Assembly (NCBI RefSeq): GCF_000012285.1
Contig: NC_007181.1
Coordinates: forward strand, 1,710,001-1,742,000
DNA: 32,000 nucleotides
Direction of reading: 5' to 3'
Source: Sulfolobus acidocaldarius DSM 639
Lineage (GTDB): Archaea > Thermoproteota > Thermoprotei_A > Sulfolobales > Sulfolobaceae
The notes below the pieces were generated by a model. It was not told the origin of the DNA. It made no database searches and saw only the letters and a list, made by a program, of their open reading frames with translations. A program made the translations under genes and the position numbers. Each line of letters begins with the position of its first letter. Position 1 is the first letter of the stretch. Of the stretch, positions 1 to 8,770 are shown piece by piece.

Positions 1-348
1 CTCTTTCCTAGTCTCAGAAAAATATCAGATTTCCAATCAGGTGTTAAAGTAGTTAAGAGAAGTAAAGTGATCAGTGTTGCAGACGAGTTAATTTCTAACG
101 ATCTATTATTTGATGTTAACATAATTTACGCGTTTAAGAGAAGAGGATATACCATAAAGGAAGTTGAAATTCAATACTTAAATGACGAGGATGGCAGCAA
201 AATAGGAAAATCCTTGTCAAAAACTATAGTCCTTATGGCGTTATCACTTCTCAGGCTTAGAATTTTCTATTCTCCCTTCAAAAAATTACTTTACTATCCA
301 TTAATGGTAAGGTTCCAGCGTTGGGTATTTAATAGACTGAACTCCTAG
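1..348 (+). CDS. GT2-family glycosyltransferase, C-terminal part (dolichyl-phosphate-hexose synthase-like); 5' end lies outside the window
   Basis: Frame 1 is open from nt 1 (LFPSLRKISDFQSGVKVVKRS...) to the TAG at 346-348. The D-x-QSG-x-K motif, the FDVNIIYAFKRRGYTIKEVEIQY..DGSKI block and a hydrophobic C-terminal tail match the usual C-terminal layout of Dol-P-sugar-forming GT2 enzymes. Confidence 0.7.
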   Translation, partial: LFPSLRKISDFQSGVKVVKRSKVISVADELISNDLLFDVNIIYAFKRRGYTIKEVEIQYLNDEDGSKIGKSLSKTIVLMALSLLRLRIFYSPFKKLLYYPLMVRFQRWVFNRLNS

Positions 349-350
349 CC

Positions 351-1343
351 TCACTTTCCTTTTCTCCTATAAATGATGTCTAAAGTGAACGCTACTGCAG
401 TTATGGCTATGGCTAAACCGAATATAAGCATAGGCTCTACAGGGTATTCAACTTTGATACCTACACTTCCTTGAGGAGGAGACTCTCCGTATACGTTTAT
501 CACTTTAAAGGTCTTCAGTTTAGGGAAAGTTATGTTTACTGTCATGGACGTGGAATTTACAGTTAAAGTAAATTTACCGTTACCATAATTATCTGTGTAA
601 CCACTATAATATTGATGATTGTTAACGAAAACTACGTATGGCTCATCTGAGAACGGTGCTATCACAGAGAACTCTAAAGGTCTAACGGTGGCGTTATCTA
701 ACCTAAAACCAACATACGTTATATTCCACGGAAAATTGGTCTTAATGCCTACATAATATTCACTACCATTTATAAATACTCTAGATAATTCTGCCTTCCC
801 GTTATCATCAGTCAACACAACTGTATAATTAACAGGCTTATTGATTATCAAAGTATCCCCTATATAGTTTCCTGACGGACCAGGTATAGGTCCTATGAGG
901 TCCCAACTATTATTCATGTTCTGCCATAGGTATCCGTTCAGAGCGACTGTAAGTATTGACGTGTTAGACTTATAGTCAGGTAGTGGCGGAGTAAAGTTTT
1001 GCCCATAAAAAACTATACCTGATATCCTTGAAAGATTACAAATACCCACGAATGAGACTATCATCTCATTTGATATCGAGAAGTTAACAGGGAATAGAAT
1101 ATAGTTAGCCACAAAACCTTGGTAAGTTAATAGGTTACCATTCTTTATTAACTTGACACCTGTAGAGATGTTAGGGAAATTTATTGAGTTTATCTTGGTC
1201 TCTAAGACAGAGAACTTAATTTCTATATTCTGACCCAAATATACACTATTAGGATAACTAAGTTGCACCATAAGAGAATTGGTGTAGGTTGGAATTAACA
1301 TCAAGAGAAGGAAAAGCATCAACAGAATTATCACAGATCTCAT
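351..1343 (-). CDS. Secreted, membrane-anchored hypothetical surface protein rich in N-glycosylation sequons
   Basis: 330-aa ORF. It has a hydrophobic N-terminal signal/anchor (MRSVIILLMLFLLLMLIP) and a C-terminal TM helix followed by a basic tail (LIFGLAIAITAVAFTLDIIYRRKGK). About a dozen N-x-S/T sequons are present (NIS, NFS, NLS, NFT, NTS, NNS, NYT, NGS, NIT, NAT, NST, NIT). A TATA-like box lies upstream. Confidence 0.6.
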   Translation of the reverse strand: MRSVIILLMLFLLLMLIPTYTNSLMVQLSYPNSVYLGQNIEIKFSVLETKINSINFPNISTGVKLIKNGNLLTYQGFVANYILFPVNFSISNEMIVSFVGICNLSRISGIVFYGQNFTPPLPDYKSNTSILTVALNGYLWQNMNNSWDLIGPIPGPSGNYIGDTLIINKPVNYTVVLTDDNGKAELSRVFINGSEYYVGIKTNFPWNITYVGFRLDNATVRPLEFSVIAPFSDEPYVVFVNNHQYYSGYTDNYGNGKFTLTVNSTSMTVNITFPKLKTFKVINVYGESPPQGSVGIKVEYPVEPMLIFGLAIAITAVAFTLDIIYRRKGK

Positions 1344-1360
1344 ACAATACTATTAAGTAT

Positions 1361-1429
1361 TATAATATTTAAGCCAAATGAAAGCGTTTTCAAGTCTCTC
1401 TATCGGAAATGAGGGATTTTAATATAAAG
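1361..1429. promoter_or_regulatory. Divergent promoter region with two TATA-like boxes
   Basis: tataatatttaag (1361-1373) reads CTTAAATATTATA on the minus strand, about 24 nt upstream of the ATG at 1343. ttttaatataaag (1417-1429) lies about 30 nt upstream of the ATG at 1453. Both spacings fit archaeal leaderless or short-leader transcripts. Confidence 0.4.
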
Positions 1430-1452
1430 CAGATAAACATAAGATAAATATA

Positions 1453-2238
1453 ATGTGGTCGATTGAGATCCCAGTTGTTCATGGGAAGTATCTAAGAAAT
1501 GTGTTAGAGTCCATAAGAACCCAAACCTATCAAGACTTTGAGGTGATAGTCGTAAATTCTGGTGACGAATTGATATCAGACCTCATAAGAGAATATGGGT
1601 TTAAGGAGGTCAGGGAGAAAGTGAACTTGTTAAATGCTAGATATTTAGCCCATAAAAATTCATCAGGAGAAAAGGCTTTAGTTCTTGATGAGACTAGAGT
1701 TCTAAGGAAAGATACTTTAGAAATACTATCAGAAATAGAACACGATATGATAATCGTGGGAGAGGCTGAAGTAGGGAATTCGTCTTTGTGGATAAGATTA
1801 GCACAACTTGACAAGGATAACCTCATAAATTGTAATGAACCAGATGCAGTTAAAGGTTTTTTACTTCCCAGAGCATTTAACTCAGAACTGCTTACTAAGA
1901 CATTTGAGTTGTTAAGGGATAAACTGGGGGATAAGTTTGATAAGGTGTTATATCCTGATCATGAGTTGATTTATTTTACGTCTCGAATGTTTTCCAATAA
2001 GTTACATGTTATTAGAGATTCATTGATTTTTCATTATGGCGATGAAACTTTCTTGAGCATAATTAGAAAATATTATAGGTATGGGAGGAGTTTAAGGATA
2101 TTGAAAGGAACTGAGTTTCAAATTTTGACTAAGACATCTAGAAAGAAGAGGAAAATATGCAAGGGAAGTAAACTTGGACTGTATACCCTGTATGTGGTTA
2201 GAGGCATTCCATTCATATTAGGCTACTTATTAGGATGA
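1453..2238 (+). CDS. GT2-family glycosyltransferase with hydrophobic C-terminus
   Basis: 261-aa ORF. The N-terminus IPVVHGKYLRNVLESIRTQTYQDFEVIVVNSGDE is the classic GT-A/GT2 opening (hhP.hN....L...L.Sl..Qt...hEhIVVdd). An LVLDET acidic motif follows, and the C-terminus has a TM-like tail (LGLYTLYVVRGIPFILGYLLG). Confidence 0.7.
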   Translation: MWSIEIPVVHGKYLRNVLESIRTQTYQDFEVIVVNSGDELISDLIREYGFKEVREKVNLLNARYLAHKNSSGEKALVLDETRVLRKDTLEILSEIEHDMIIVGEAEVGNSSLWIRLAQLDKDNLINCNEPDAVKGFLLPRAFNSELLTKTFELLRDKLGDKFDKVLYPDHELIYFTSRMFSNKLHVIRDSLIFHYGDETFLSIIRKYYRYGRSLRILKGTEFQILTKTSRKKRKICKGSKLGLYTLYVVRGIPFILGYLLG

Positions 2239-2335
2239 AAACTTTCATGTCATAAATTGATTAAGACACTGTTGAATAAAAAATTCGATATACTGGAATT
2301 CACTGTTCATTAAAGTCACATGTTATCAGTCTCCA

Positions 2336-4666
2336 CTATTTACTTTCACGCAACCTTTCACTAATTAATAGAGATGACAAAATGAGTAACGGTAGGAATG
2401 ACACAAAAAATAGCACTTTTTTAACATTACTGTACTTGAACTCAATAGTTGCTGTGTAATTCCCAGATGGCATTAACCAGGCATTTCCAAATCCGTTAGC
2501 TACGTAGTGATTATTATTAATTTTACCGTTTACCGATAACTCCCACCAATGATTATATCCTGTTGTAAAGACAAGATAAAAGCTCGTGTCACTGTTTACT
2601 TTAACTACTATTTTATCGGGACTTTCAATTTGATACTCTAAATGCACATTACTCACGTTTGAGATATTTAGCTTAGGTCCTCCGTCAATAAATGAGACAT
2701 TAAAAGCCTTGAACTTTCCAGTAGAGAAATTCCAAAAGATTTCATCATAACTCAAATTACCTGTTACTCCACTGCTCGCATAAACTAAGGGTACGTTGCC
2801 TTCAACTTCATAAATCTTATACGGGCCATAACTTCCAACGTATTTCAACCCTTTTGAGGAGTTCAACATAATCTCAAAAGCTGTGAAATTCCATGGATAA
2901 GCCCCTGAAAAATTATAGTATGGTCTAGCGAATGTACCCGGACCTGGATATGCTCCTTTATTTAACACTACATATTTAACACCAAGTACCTTAAGTAAAT
3001 TTACTAGGTCTGTTATGTTGTTTGAAGGTAAATATTTAGCCAATACGAAGACAATGGGTGATTTGCCAGCATCCGAGATCACCTGGCCCATGAAGAAGTA
3101 GGTTTGGGGAGGTGTGTTTGATCCAACCCAGCTTCCATTGTAATATGTGGCTGTTGAGAGTGCTAACTGTATAGGTAAGAACAGTACGTTATTATAGCCA
3201 GCTTTCGACAACACCTCAGAAGATGCAACAAACCACTGAGGATAGTTAAAGGTATTCAGGATCTTCTCGTCTGTATTACCTAACAAAAGGCTGTAATAAC
3301 TAGTAGATGAATGAGTTATTCCTACATATGAAAATATTATAGAATTAATGAGCAAAAATAAATAGAGGAGAGCATTAACTATTCTTCTAGCGGGGAAGGG
3401 ATGTCTTCTTATGAAGTCATAACTTAGTATGAGGAGAATTAGGAGACTCAAGTTTATCATATAACCTACATGCACCGGTTGCACCATGTACGAAAAGCCT
3501 GTAATTAATATACCAAGAATAGGTAACTTGATTATATTCGATTCAATGAGTGGGACTAGACTTATCACGCCACTTTGGAGGAGGAAGAGTAATATCAGAG
3601 TTAAAGTTAAGGACAATCTTAGAGGGAAATACATCTTTGGCTGAGCTCTGAAGATGACACTGAATATTAATGGTACAACAACAGTTACACCGAGTCCAAT
3701 AGCTCCAACTAAGTAATTAAGGAGAGATGGAGTTACAGATATTGCAGGATAATAAAGCAGAAAAGATGTAGAAAGGTTATAGTTTTTATAGGTGTCCAAT
3801 AATTGATATACTACAACGTTTTGACCTGAAAACGTCTGGAGAGAGGAAGAATATGCTCCCGTGCTTGAGAAATAGAGATAAAAGATTAGGTAGGAGCCAG
3901 AAATTAAGAGAATAGTGAAGAAAAGTAAGAACCTAAATAAGACTTTTCTAACGGATAATTGGAATATCTTGATCAAGGGAACTGTTACCACTATCATAAA
4001 TAAAATAAAGTAAGCTGTCATTGTCTGAAACTCATATATCATGCCTCCTAGACCTATTAATGATACAAGTACAAGAAGATTTAATGATTGTTTAATTGAG
4101 TTGACTGTTATCAGTCTGAGATAAGAGTAGATTAGTAAAGGAGTAGTAAAGTAACCATATAGAGGTGGAACAATTTCCCCCATTATCCAATTTATACCAA
4201 TAGTGTAGTAGTCCAGAATGAAGAAGTAGGTGACAAAAATAACAAAGAGATAGTCCAATAGGTCAAGTTCTTGTCTCCTGAAGAACTTGAATGTATAGAG
4301 GATTCCTACATAAGCAACGTTTGCCATTAACTGCACAACTATCCACTGCACTAAACCTATTCCTAGACCTAGTATGTAAAATGGAACGCTTAATACAGCG
4401 AGAGGAAAGTAAGTAACAAATCCGAACTCAGGACCTCCCGGAAAGACTCCGTAGTTCCAAATATTCACGTATCTCTCCAGGAAGTTTAACGGGTTTAGGG
4501 GAAAACCCCCGTCCCAGTAATATATAACATCTCCCCTTGTGTATAACCACCAAAATACGGAAAATATCACGTTAAAAGCTATTAAAGACATGATGGGGAG
4601 TAATCTCGCTTTCTGAGAGAACACAATAGTCGTATGCTTTTTCATTATAAAAAATATGATGAACAC
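2336..4666 (-). CDS. Large polytopic membrane protein, GT-C-fold glycosyltransferase-like (pair A, paralogue of 8771-11044)
   Basis: 776-aa ORF. By eye the N-terminal ~480 aa holds more than 10 hydrophobic helices, with first-loop motif YWDGGFPLNP...WNYGVFPG. A sequon-rich soluble region follows (GVKYVVLNKGAYPGPG, YPWNFTAFE). It ends in GYNHWWELSVNGK..NHYVANGFGNAWLMPSGNYTATIEF plus a final TM helix. That C-terminal signature resembles YfhO/AftD-type GT-C proteins. The exact start (4666 or 4645) is uncertain. Confidence 0.65.
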   Translation of the reverse strand: MFIIFFIMKKHTTIVFSQKARLLPIMSLIAFNVIFSVFWWLYTRGDVIYYWDGGFPLNPLNFLERYVNIWNYGVFPGGPEFGFVTYFPLAVLSVPFYILGLGIGLVQWIVVQLMANVAYVGILYTFKFFRRQELDLLDYLFVIFVTYFFILDYYTIGINWIMGEIVPPLYGYFTTPLLIYSYLRLITVNSIKQSLNLLVLVSLIGLGGMIYEFQTMTAYFILFMIVVTVPLIKIFQLSVRKVLFRFLLFFTILLISGSYLIFYLYFSSTGAYSSSLQTFSGQNVVVYQLLDTYKNYNLSTSFLLYYPAISVTPSLLNYLVGAIGLGVTVVVPLIFSVIFRAQPKMYFPLRLSLTLTLILLFLLQSGVISLVPLIESNIIKLPILGILITGFSYMVQPVHVGYMINLSLLILLILSYDFIRRHPFPARRIVNALLYLFLLINSIIFSYVGITHSSTSYYSLLLGNTDEKILNTFNYPQWFVASSEVLSKAGYNNVLFLPIQLALSTATYYNGSWVGSNTPPQTYFFMGQVISDAGKSPIVFVLAKYLPSNNITDLVNLLKVLGVKYVVLNKGAYPGPGTFARPYYNFSGAYPWNFTAFEIMLNSSKGLKYVGSYGPYKIYEVEGNVPLVYASSGVTGNLSYDEIFWNFSTGKFKAFNVSFIDGGPKLNISNVSNVHLEYQIESPDKIVVKVNSDTSFYLVFTTGYNHWWELSVNGKINNNHYVANGFGNAWLMPSGNYTATIEFKYSNVKKVLFFVSFLPLLILSSLLISERLRESK

Positions 4667-4740
4667 TTCAATTTAACTTTACAAGGTGATAAATTAAAGA
4701 TGCTTACGCTATCTATGTCTACAACATCCTAAAACAATCC

Positions 4741-5088
4741 TTAAACTCCTTGCAGGTTTTGAAGTAAAAACTTTAAGAGTAAAGAGGAGAGATGGAAATC
4801 AATTTCTAAGAATTTTGAAACATTAGCCTCCCACACGAAATTCTTCCTTATCTTCACATTAATTATTATCTTGAACATCTTACTCGCCAAACTAACATGA
4901 TCATCTCTACAACATTTCTGAAAATCACTACTTAGCATGTTATAATATCTTCTCACGTGCTTACTGTCCAAGAGAAAATAATAACCCCACTTGCTAAAGT
5001 ACTTTACCTTTCTCACATACCTTACACTACTCATATATCTTGACATAGTCAAAAACCTTCCAATTGCTTTTAGGAACTTTTTTATCAT
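4741..5088 (-). CDS. Hypothetical basic protein (only weak, unverified sulfotransferase-like motifs)
   Basis: 115-aa ORF with no TM segment. Its ATG overlaps (ATGA) the stop of a 31-39 aa upstream ORF (5085-5204). YYFLLDSKHVRRYYNML and IRKNFVWEAN loosely recall sulfotransferase 3'-PB and RKG..GdW regions, but the spacing is compressed. Confidence 0.35.
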   Translation of the reverse strand: MIKKFLKAIGRFLTMSRYMSSVRYVRKVKYFSKWGYYFLLDSKHVRRYYNMLSSDFQKCCRDDHVSLASKMFKIIINVKIRKNFVWEANVSKFLEIDFHLSSLLLKFLLQNLQGV

Positions 5089-5285
5089 CTCACAAAATCT
5101 CTAAGATAGACTCCTAAGCTCACGCTCTTTTTACAAAGCTTAGTCTTCTTGAGAAGCTCGATTGTTGTATCCTTAAACATGTCAACGATCAATCCCTTTC
5201 CCACTAAGACCTTGATACTTAAGTATGAGTGTTAATATTTCTACATGGACTGGATAAGGTTAAGAATTAATTCACTAAAGAATAT

Positions 5286-6353
5286 ATGCATTATGTGGAG
5301 ATTAGTTTAATTACGACATACCTTAAGAAGTTTGACGGTCAAAGTAGGGCAACAATAAACTTTGCTAAAGGTTTGAGTAAGCATGGAGTAAAAGTAAAGA
5401 TTGTGTCTCTTGGGCTAGAGGATGGTATTAAAGAGGAGCTTAAAAACAATGACATAGAGGTAATTAGTCTAGATCAGCCTAGAAGCGTTTATTATGATAT
5501 ATCTCTACTCTTTGGTTCTCCAAGCCCATTTAAGAAAATTGCCAATTATGTAAACGACTCTATTAGCATAGTTACCAATGATGAGGCGGTACCGGTGGTA
5601 AATAGTATCAAAGGACGTATTATATACTGGAGTCAGGGAGCATTAATGAGCGTGTTCCTATGGAAGCCATTTTACGCAAAAAAGGGTACTCTAAAGAGAT
5701 TAGTTAGTCTTTTCTTAGTTAGAAACTCCCACAGGTTCTCAGACTTTGTATCGAAGTATCATATGTTATTGGCTAATAGTAATACAAGCGCTTTAGTTGT
5801 TTCCCTTTTCTACAACAGGGTCCCACAGGGAGTTGTATACCCACCCATAGATATTGATAGTTTTAAATATTCTTCTGAAAAAGAAAAGTTTGCATTAGTG
5901 ATTTTAAAGAGATCATACCCTACTCATATAGACTTGCTGAGAAAGATTGCCAATTCTGGGATAAAGTTGAAAGTGATTGGGTATAAAATCGACGGGGCAG
6001 AATATTTAGGGGACAGAGTAGATGAAGAGAGGTTAAGAGATTTGTACTCGTCTGCATTAGTTACATTATACCCTGTTGATTTTGAGTACTTCGGATATAT
6101 TCCAGTAGAGTCCATGGCGTCAGGAACTCCAGTTATTGCTTTTAAGTATTCAGGTGGTCCTTCGGAATCCATAATACATGATGAAACAGGATGGTTAGTC
6201 TCTAACGAAAAAGAGTTTTATGAGGTTACTTTAAAAGTTTATGAGAGAGGTTACGAAGAAGCCTTACCACAAAAATGTAGAAATAGAGCCGAATATTTTT
6301 CTCTATTGACGCAGTCTAAGAGACTTTTAAGTTATATACATCAATCAGAGTAA
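5286..6353 (+). CDS. GT4-family (GT-B) glycosyltransferase
   Basis: 355-aa ORF. The C-terminal block FEYFGYIPVESMASGTPVIAFKYSGGPSESIIHDETGWLV is the canonical GT4 E-x7-E nucleotide-sugar-binding motif. Confidence 0.8.
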   Translation: MHYVEISLITTYLKKFDGQSRATINFAKGLSKHGVKVKIVSLGLEDGIKEELKNNDIEVISLDQPRSVYYDISLLFGSPSPFKKIANYVNDSISIVTNDEAVPVVNSIKGRIIYWSQGALMSVFLWKPFYAKKGTLKRLVSLFLVRNSHRFSDFVSKYHMLLANSNTSALVVSLFYNRVPQGVVYPPIDIDSFKYSSEKEKFALVILKRSYPTHIDLLRKIANSGIKLKVIGYKIDGAEYLGDRVDEERLRDLYSSALVTLYPVDFEYFGYIPVESMASGTPVIAFKYSGGPSESIIHDETGWLVSNEKEFYEVTLKVYERGYEEALPQKCRNRAEYFSLLTQSKRLLSYIHQSE

Positions 6354-6445
6354 AGGTTGAAAGATAAAGTAAATCTGTTATTAGTAAAAGCACGACTTAC
6401 TATTCCTCTAACACGTTTGTATATGGAGGTCCTCTTAATCTATTG

Positions 6446-7402
6446 TTAACTAAACATCGAATTACTCCTTAACATCCTAAGGTAGATCTTCCTGGCTAAC
6501 TTGTTTGATGCTGAATTAATTACAGAAAGTAGAAACATAAACCAGTCCCACTTAATCCACTGAAGATCCTTAGCAATTCTCCAAACGTAACTTAATCCAC
6601 TTTTCTCGCCTGACATAATCTTATATAACAACTCTCTATACACTTTCATCTTTTGAATGTTCTCCATAATTATTTTGTCAGTGAACACCTTTTCGAATAA
6701 CTCAGCATCCTCTAATTGCATCTTGAATACCTCAAGGTTAACTGTATCTTTACTTTGCTGAACTCTCCTGTAAAAAGTTAGGGTGTTTTTATCAATAGCT
6801 ATATTTCTCCTTTTCTCCCAAGCATAAAAGAAAAGGAAAGTGTCAGCCGTTAACTTCACTTTTCCTAGAAGATCAGATGACTCCACAGCAAAATTTCTGT
6901 CGAGAACTATAGAACTTACATTAAATCCTGCCTTATGTTTATGATAAAGAGTGTTAAGTAATGACCTTGAATTATTAGATGGCTTAAAAACGTCTACTTC
7001 ATTCTTTACCTCAATCTTGTTGGGGATCTGGTCGGAGAAAGTTAATGCTGCATTATGATAAAAATCTATTCTACTTATGCTGGCTCTATTGCCAAATGTA
7101 TTTAGGACCCTTGGAATCTTGTCAGGGTGAAATAAGTCATCGTCTTCTACAAAGAATATAATATTACCACTACTCCTACTGATGCCATCCTTTAACTTAC
7201 CACCCAATGTCGTATCCTTCGAATAAATGTTAATCACAGGCAGGGAATCAAGATAAGAATCTATCCTCTCGTCAAGGAAGTTTTTAACAACTATAATCTC
7301 GGAGTCATAATTCTTGGTGTAAATTAGGAGGGAGTCAATTAAACTAGTTAGGAACTGTTTCCTATTATATGAGGTTATAATGACACTGAAGTCTTTGGGC
7401 AT
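6446..7402 (-). CDS. GT2-family glycosyltransferase
   Basis: 318-aa ORF. FSVIITSYNRKQFLTSLIDSLL is the GT2 N-terminal motif and IIFFVEDDDLFHPDKI is the DxD region. It is the last gene of a tightly spaced minus-strand trio (gaps of 25 and 14 bp). It is an intact paralogue of the broken gene at 27837-28892. Confidence 0.8.
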   Translation of the reverse strand: MPKDFSVIITSYNRKQFLTSLIDSLLIYTKNYDSEIIVVKNFLDERIDSYLDSLPVINIYSKDTTLGGKLKDGISRSSGNIIFFVEDDDLFHPDKIPRVLNTFGNRASISRIDFYHNAALTFSDQIPNKIEVKNEVDVFKPSNNSRSLLNTLYHKHKAGFNVSSIVLDRNFAVESSDLLGKVKLTADTFLFFYAWEKRRNIAIDKNTLTFYRRVQQSKDTVNLEVFKMQLEDAELFEKVFTDKIIMENIQKMKVYRELLYKIMSGEKSGLSYVWRIAKDLQWIKWDWFMFLLSVINSASNKLARKIYLRMLRSNSMFS

Positions 7403-7416
7403 ATCTTCCCTTCTCC

Positions 7417-8745
7417 TTATACTTTCATTAAATCCTCATATAGCCTTTCGCTTACATTCCTCCATCCTGTATGATCCCTTATGAAACTCTCTACCTTGTC
7501 GTTGTAGACAATCTTCCTGTAGTCCTCCCATCCAGCCTTGAAAAGATTTGCCACCTCTTTTGACATGGCATCTATATCGTACTCCCTTACGAACTTAACT
7601 GCAGGAAGACCATTGAATACACTCTTTGGTCCAGGAATATCATAACTAACTACAGGTGTGCCAACAGTTATGGACTCAAGAATACTGAGGGAGAACGTGT
7701 CCTCATGAGAAGGATAAACTACACATTTAGCCTTACTTACCACATCATAAAGCTCATTACCAGTCAGATAACCTTTGTATACTATGTGGTCTGACAAGCC
7801 CATTTCCTCCACAAGGTTAAAGAAGTAATCCTGAAAACTCTCATTCTTCTTTCCTCTAATGTCCTCGGGAAATTTCCCTACGATAAAGAGTTTAGCCTCT
7901 TTCACTATCTCCTTGACTTTAGAGAGGATAAAGGGTAGTTCCAAAGTACCTTTTAAAGGTAAAAGTCTTGCAAAAAACACCATATAGTCATCCTTATCAG
8001 TCCTCTTCTCCCTAAACGAGAGTAGCTCTCCTTCTATGGCTGCTGCAGGATAAAGTACTTTACCCTTTCCTGAATTAAGGACTCCGAGAGAGTTTAGTTG
8101 CCCTGGAGACATACCATAAATCCTTACCACATTTGGGGAGTTCTTCAATTTCCTCACTATAAACTTCTCCCTAAATCCCTTATACAAAGTGTAGACTATC
8201 TTATTCTTATGATTAATAAATACGTCAATTGGAAAACCCCTTAATCTGTTCTTTAAATAACGTAATACATTTAGGGGTACTCCAAAAAAGTAGTCATGCG
8301 ATGCAATACCTTGAAGAAGTACCGAACTTCTAAGATCTGCTTTGTAAGATATATACATGACTTCACCATATTTAAGCGAAGGCTCCATTAAAAGCTCTGA
8401 AAACTTAAACATCCTGTAAAACCTATATGACGGACCGTAGTTTATATCTAGTAGGATTGTCCTATTACCCTTTAATTTCTCCACAAACTTCCTCAGCCTC
8501 TCAACTGGGTCCAGGTCTTCCTCTAGGTATTCAAAGCCTATGATCTTGTCCGATATTTTGCTCAAGGACGAATATGAATTATTCCCATCGAGGAAGGAGT
8601 TCAACTTAGGTAAAATGAAAACGTTGTCTTTATCCAGAAGATGTTTCACCAAATTATATTCAACCTTCTCCCCACCACCTTCAAAAGAGTTGTTCTTCAA
8701 TATCCTTAGGCTCGTCAGAATAGCTATCGGTTTTTCCATTATCAA
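7417..8745 (-). CDS. GT4-family (GT-B) glycosyltransferase
   Basis: 442-aa ORF. PSHEDTFSLSILESITVGTPVVSYDIPGPKSVF is the GT4 E-x7-E motif. Confidence 0.8.
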   Translation of the reverse strand: MIMEKPIAILTSLRILKNNSFEGGGEKVEYNLVKHLLDKDNVFILPKLNSFLDGNNSYSSLSKISDKIIGFEYLEEDLDPVERLRKFVEKLKGNRTILLDINYGPSYRFYRMFKFSELLMEPSLKYGEVMYISYKADLRSSVLLQGIASHDYFFGVPLNVLRYLKNRLRGFPIDVFINHKNKIVYTLYKGFREKFIVRKLKNSPNVVRIYGMSPGQLNSLGVLNSGKGKVLYPAAAIEGELLSFREKRTDKDDYMVFFARLLPLKGTLELPFILSKVKEIVKEAKLFIVGKFPEDIRGKKNESFQDYFFNLVEEMGLSDHIVYKGYLTGNELYDVVSKAKCVVYPSHEDTFSLSILESITVGTPVVSYDIPGPKSVFNGLPAVKFVREYDIDAMSKEVANLFKAGWEDYRKIVYNDKVESFIRDHTGWRNVSERLYEDLMKV

Positions 8746-8770
8746 GTATAATCACATTTTAGCCATTATA

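Noticed and set aside
1530-1826. 98-aa ORF antisense to the GT2 gene 1453-2238
   Set aside because: It lies entirely inside a gene with clear GT2 motifs. It has a Ser/Leu-rich shadow-frame composition and no motif or start context.
5924-6172. 82-aa ORF antisense to the GT4 gene 5286-6353
   Set aside because: It is a shadow ORF opposite the best-conserved (E-x7-E) part of the GT4 gene.
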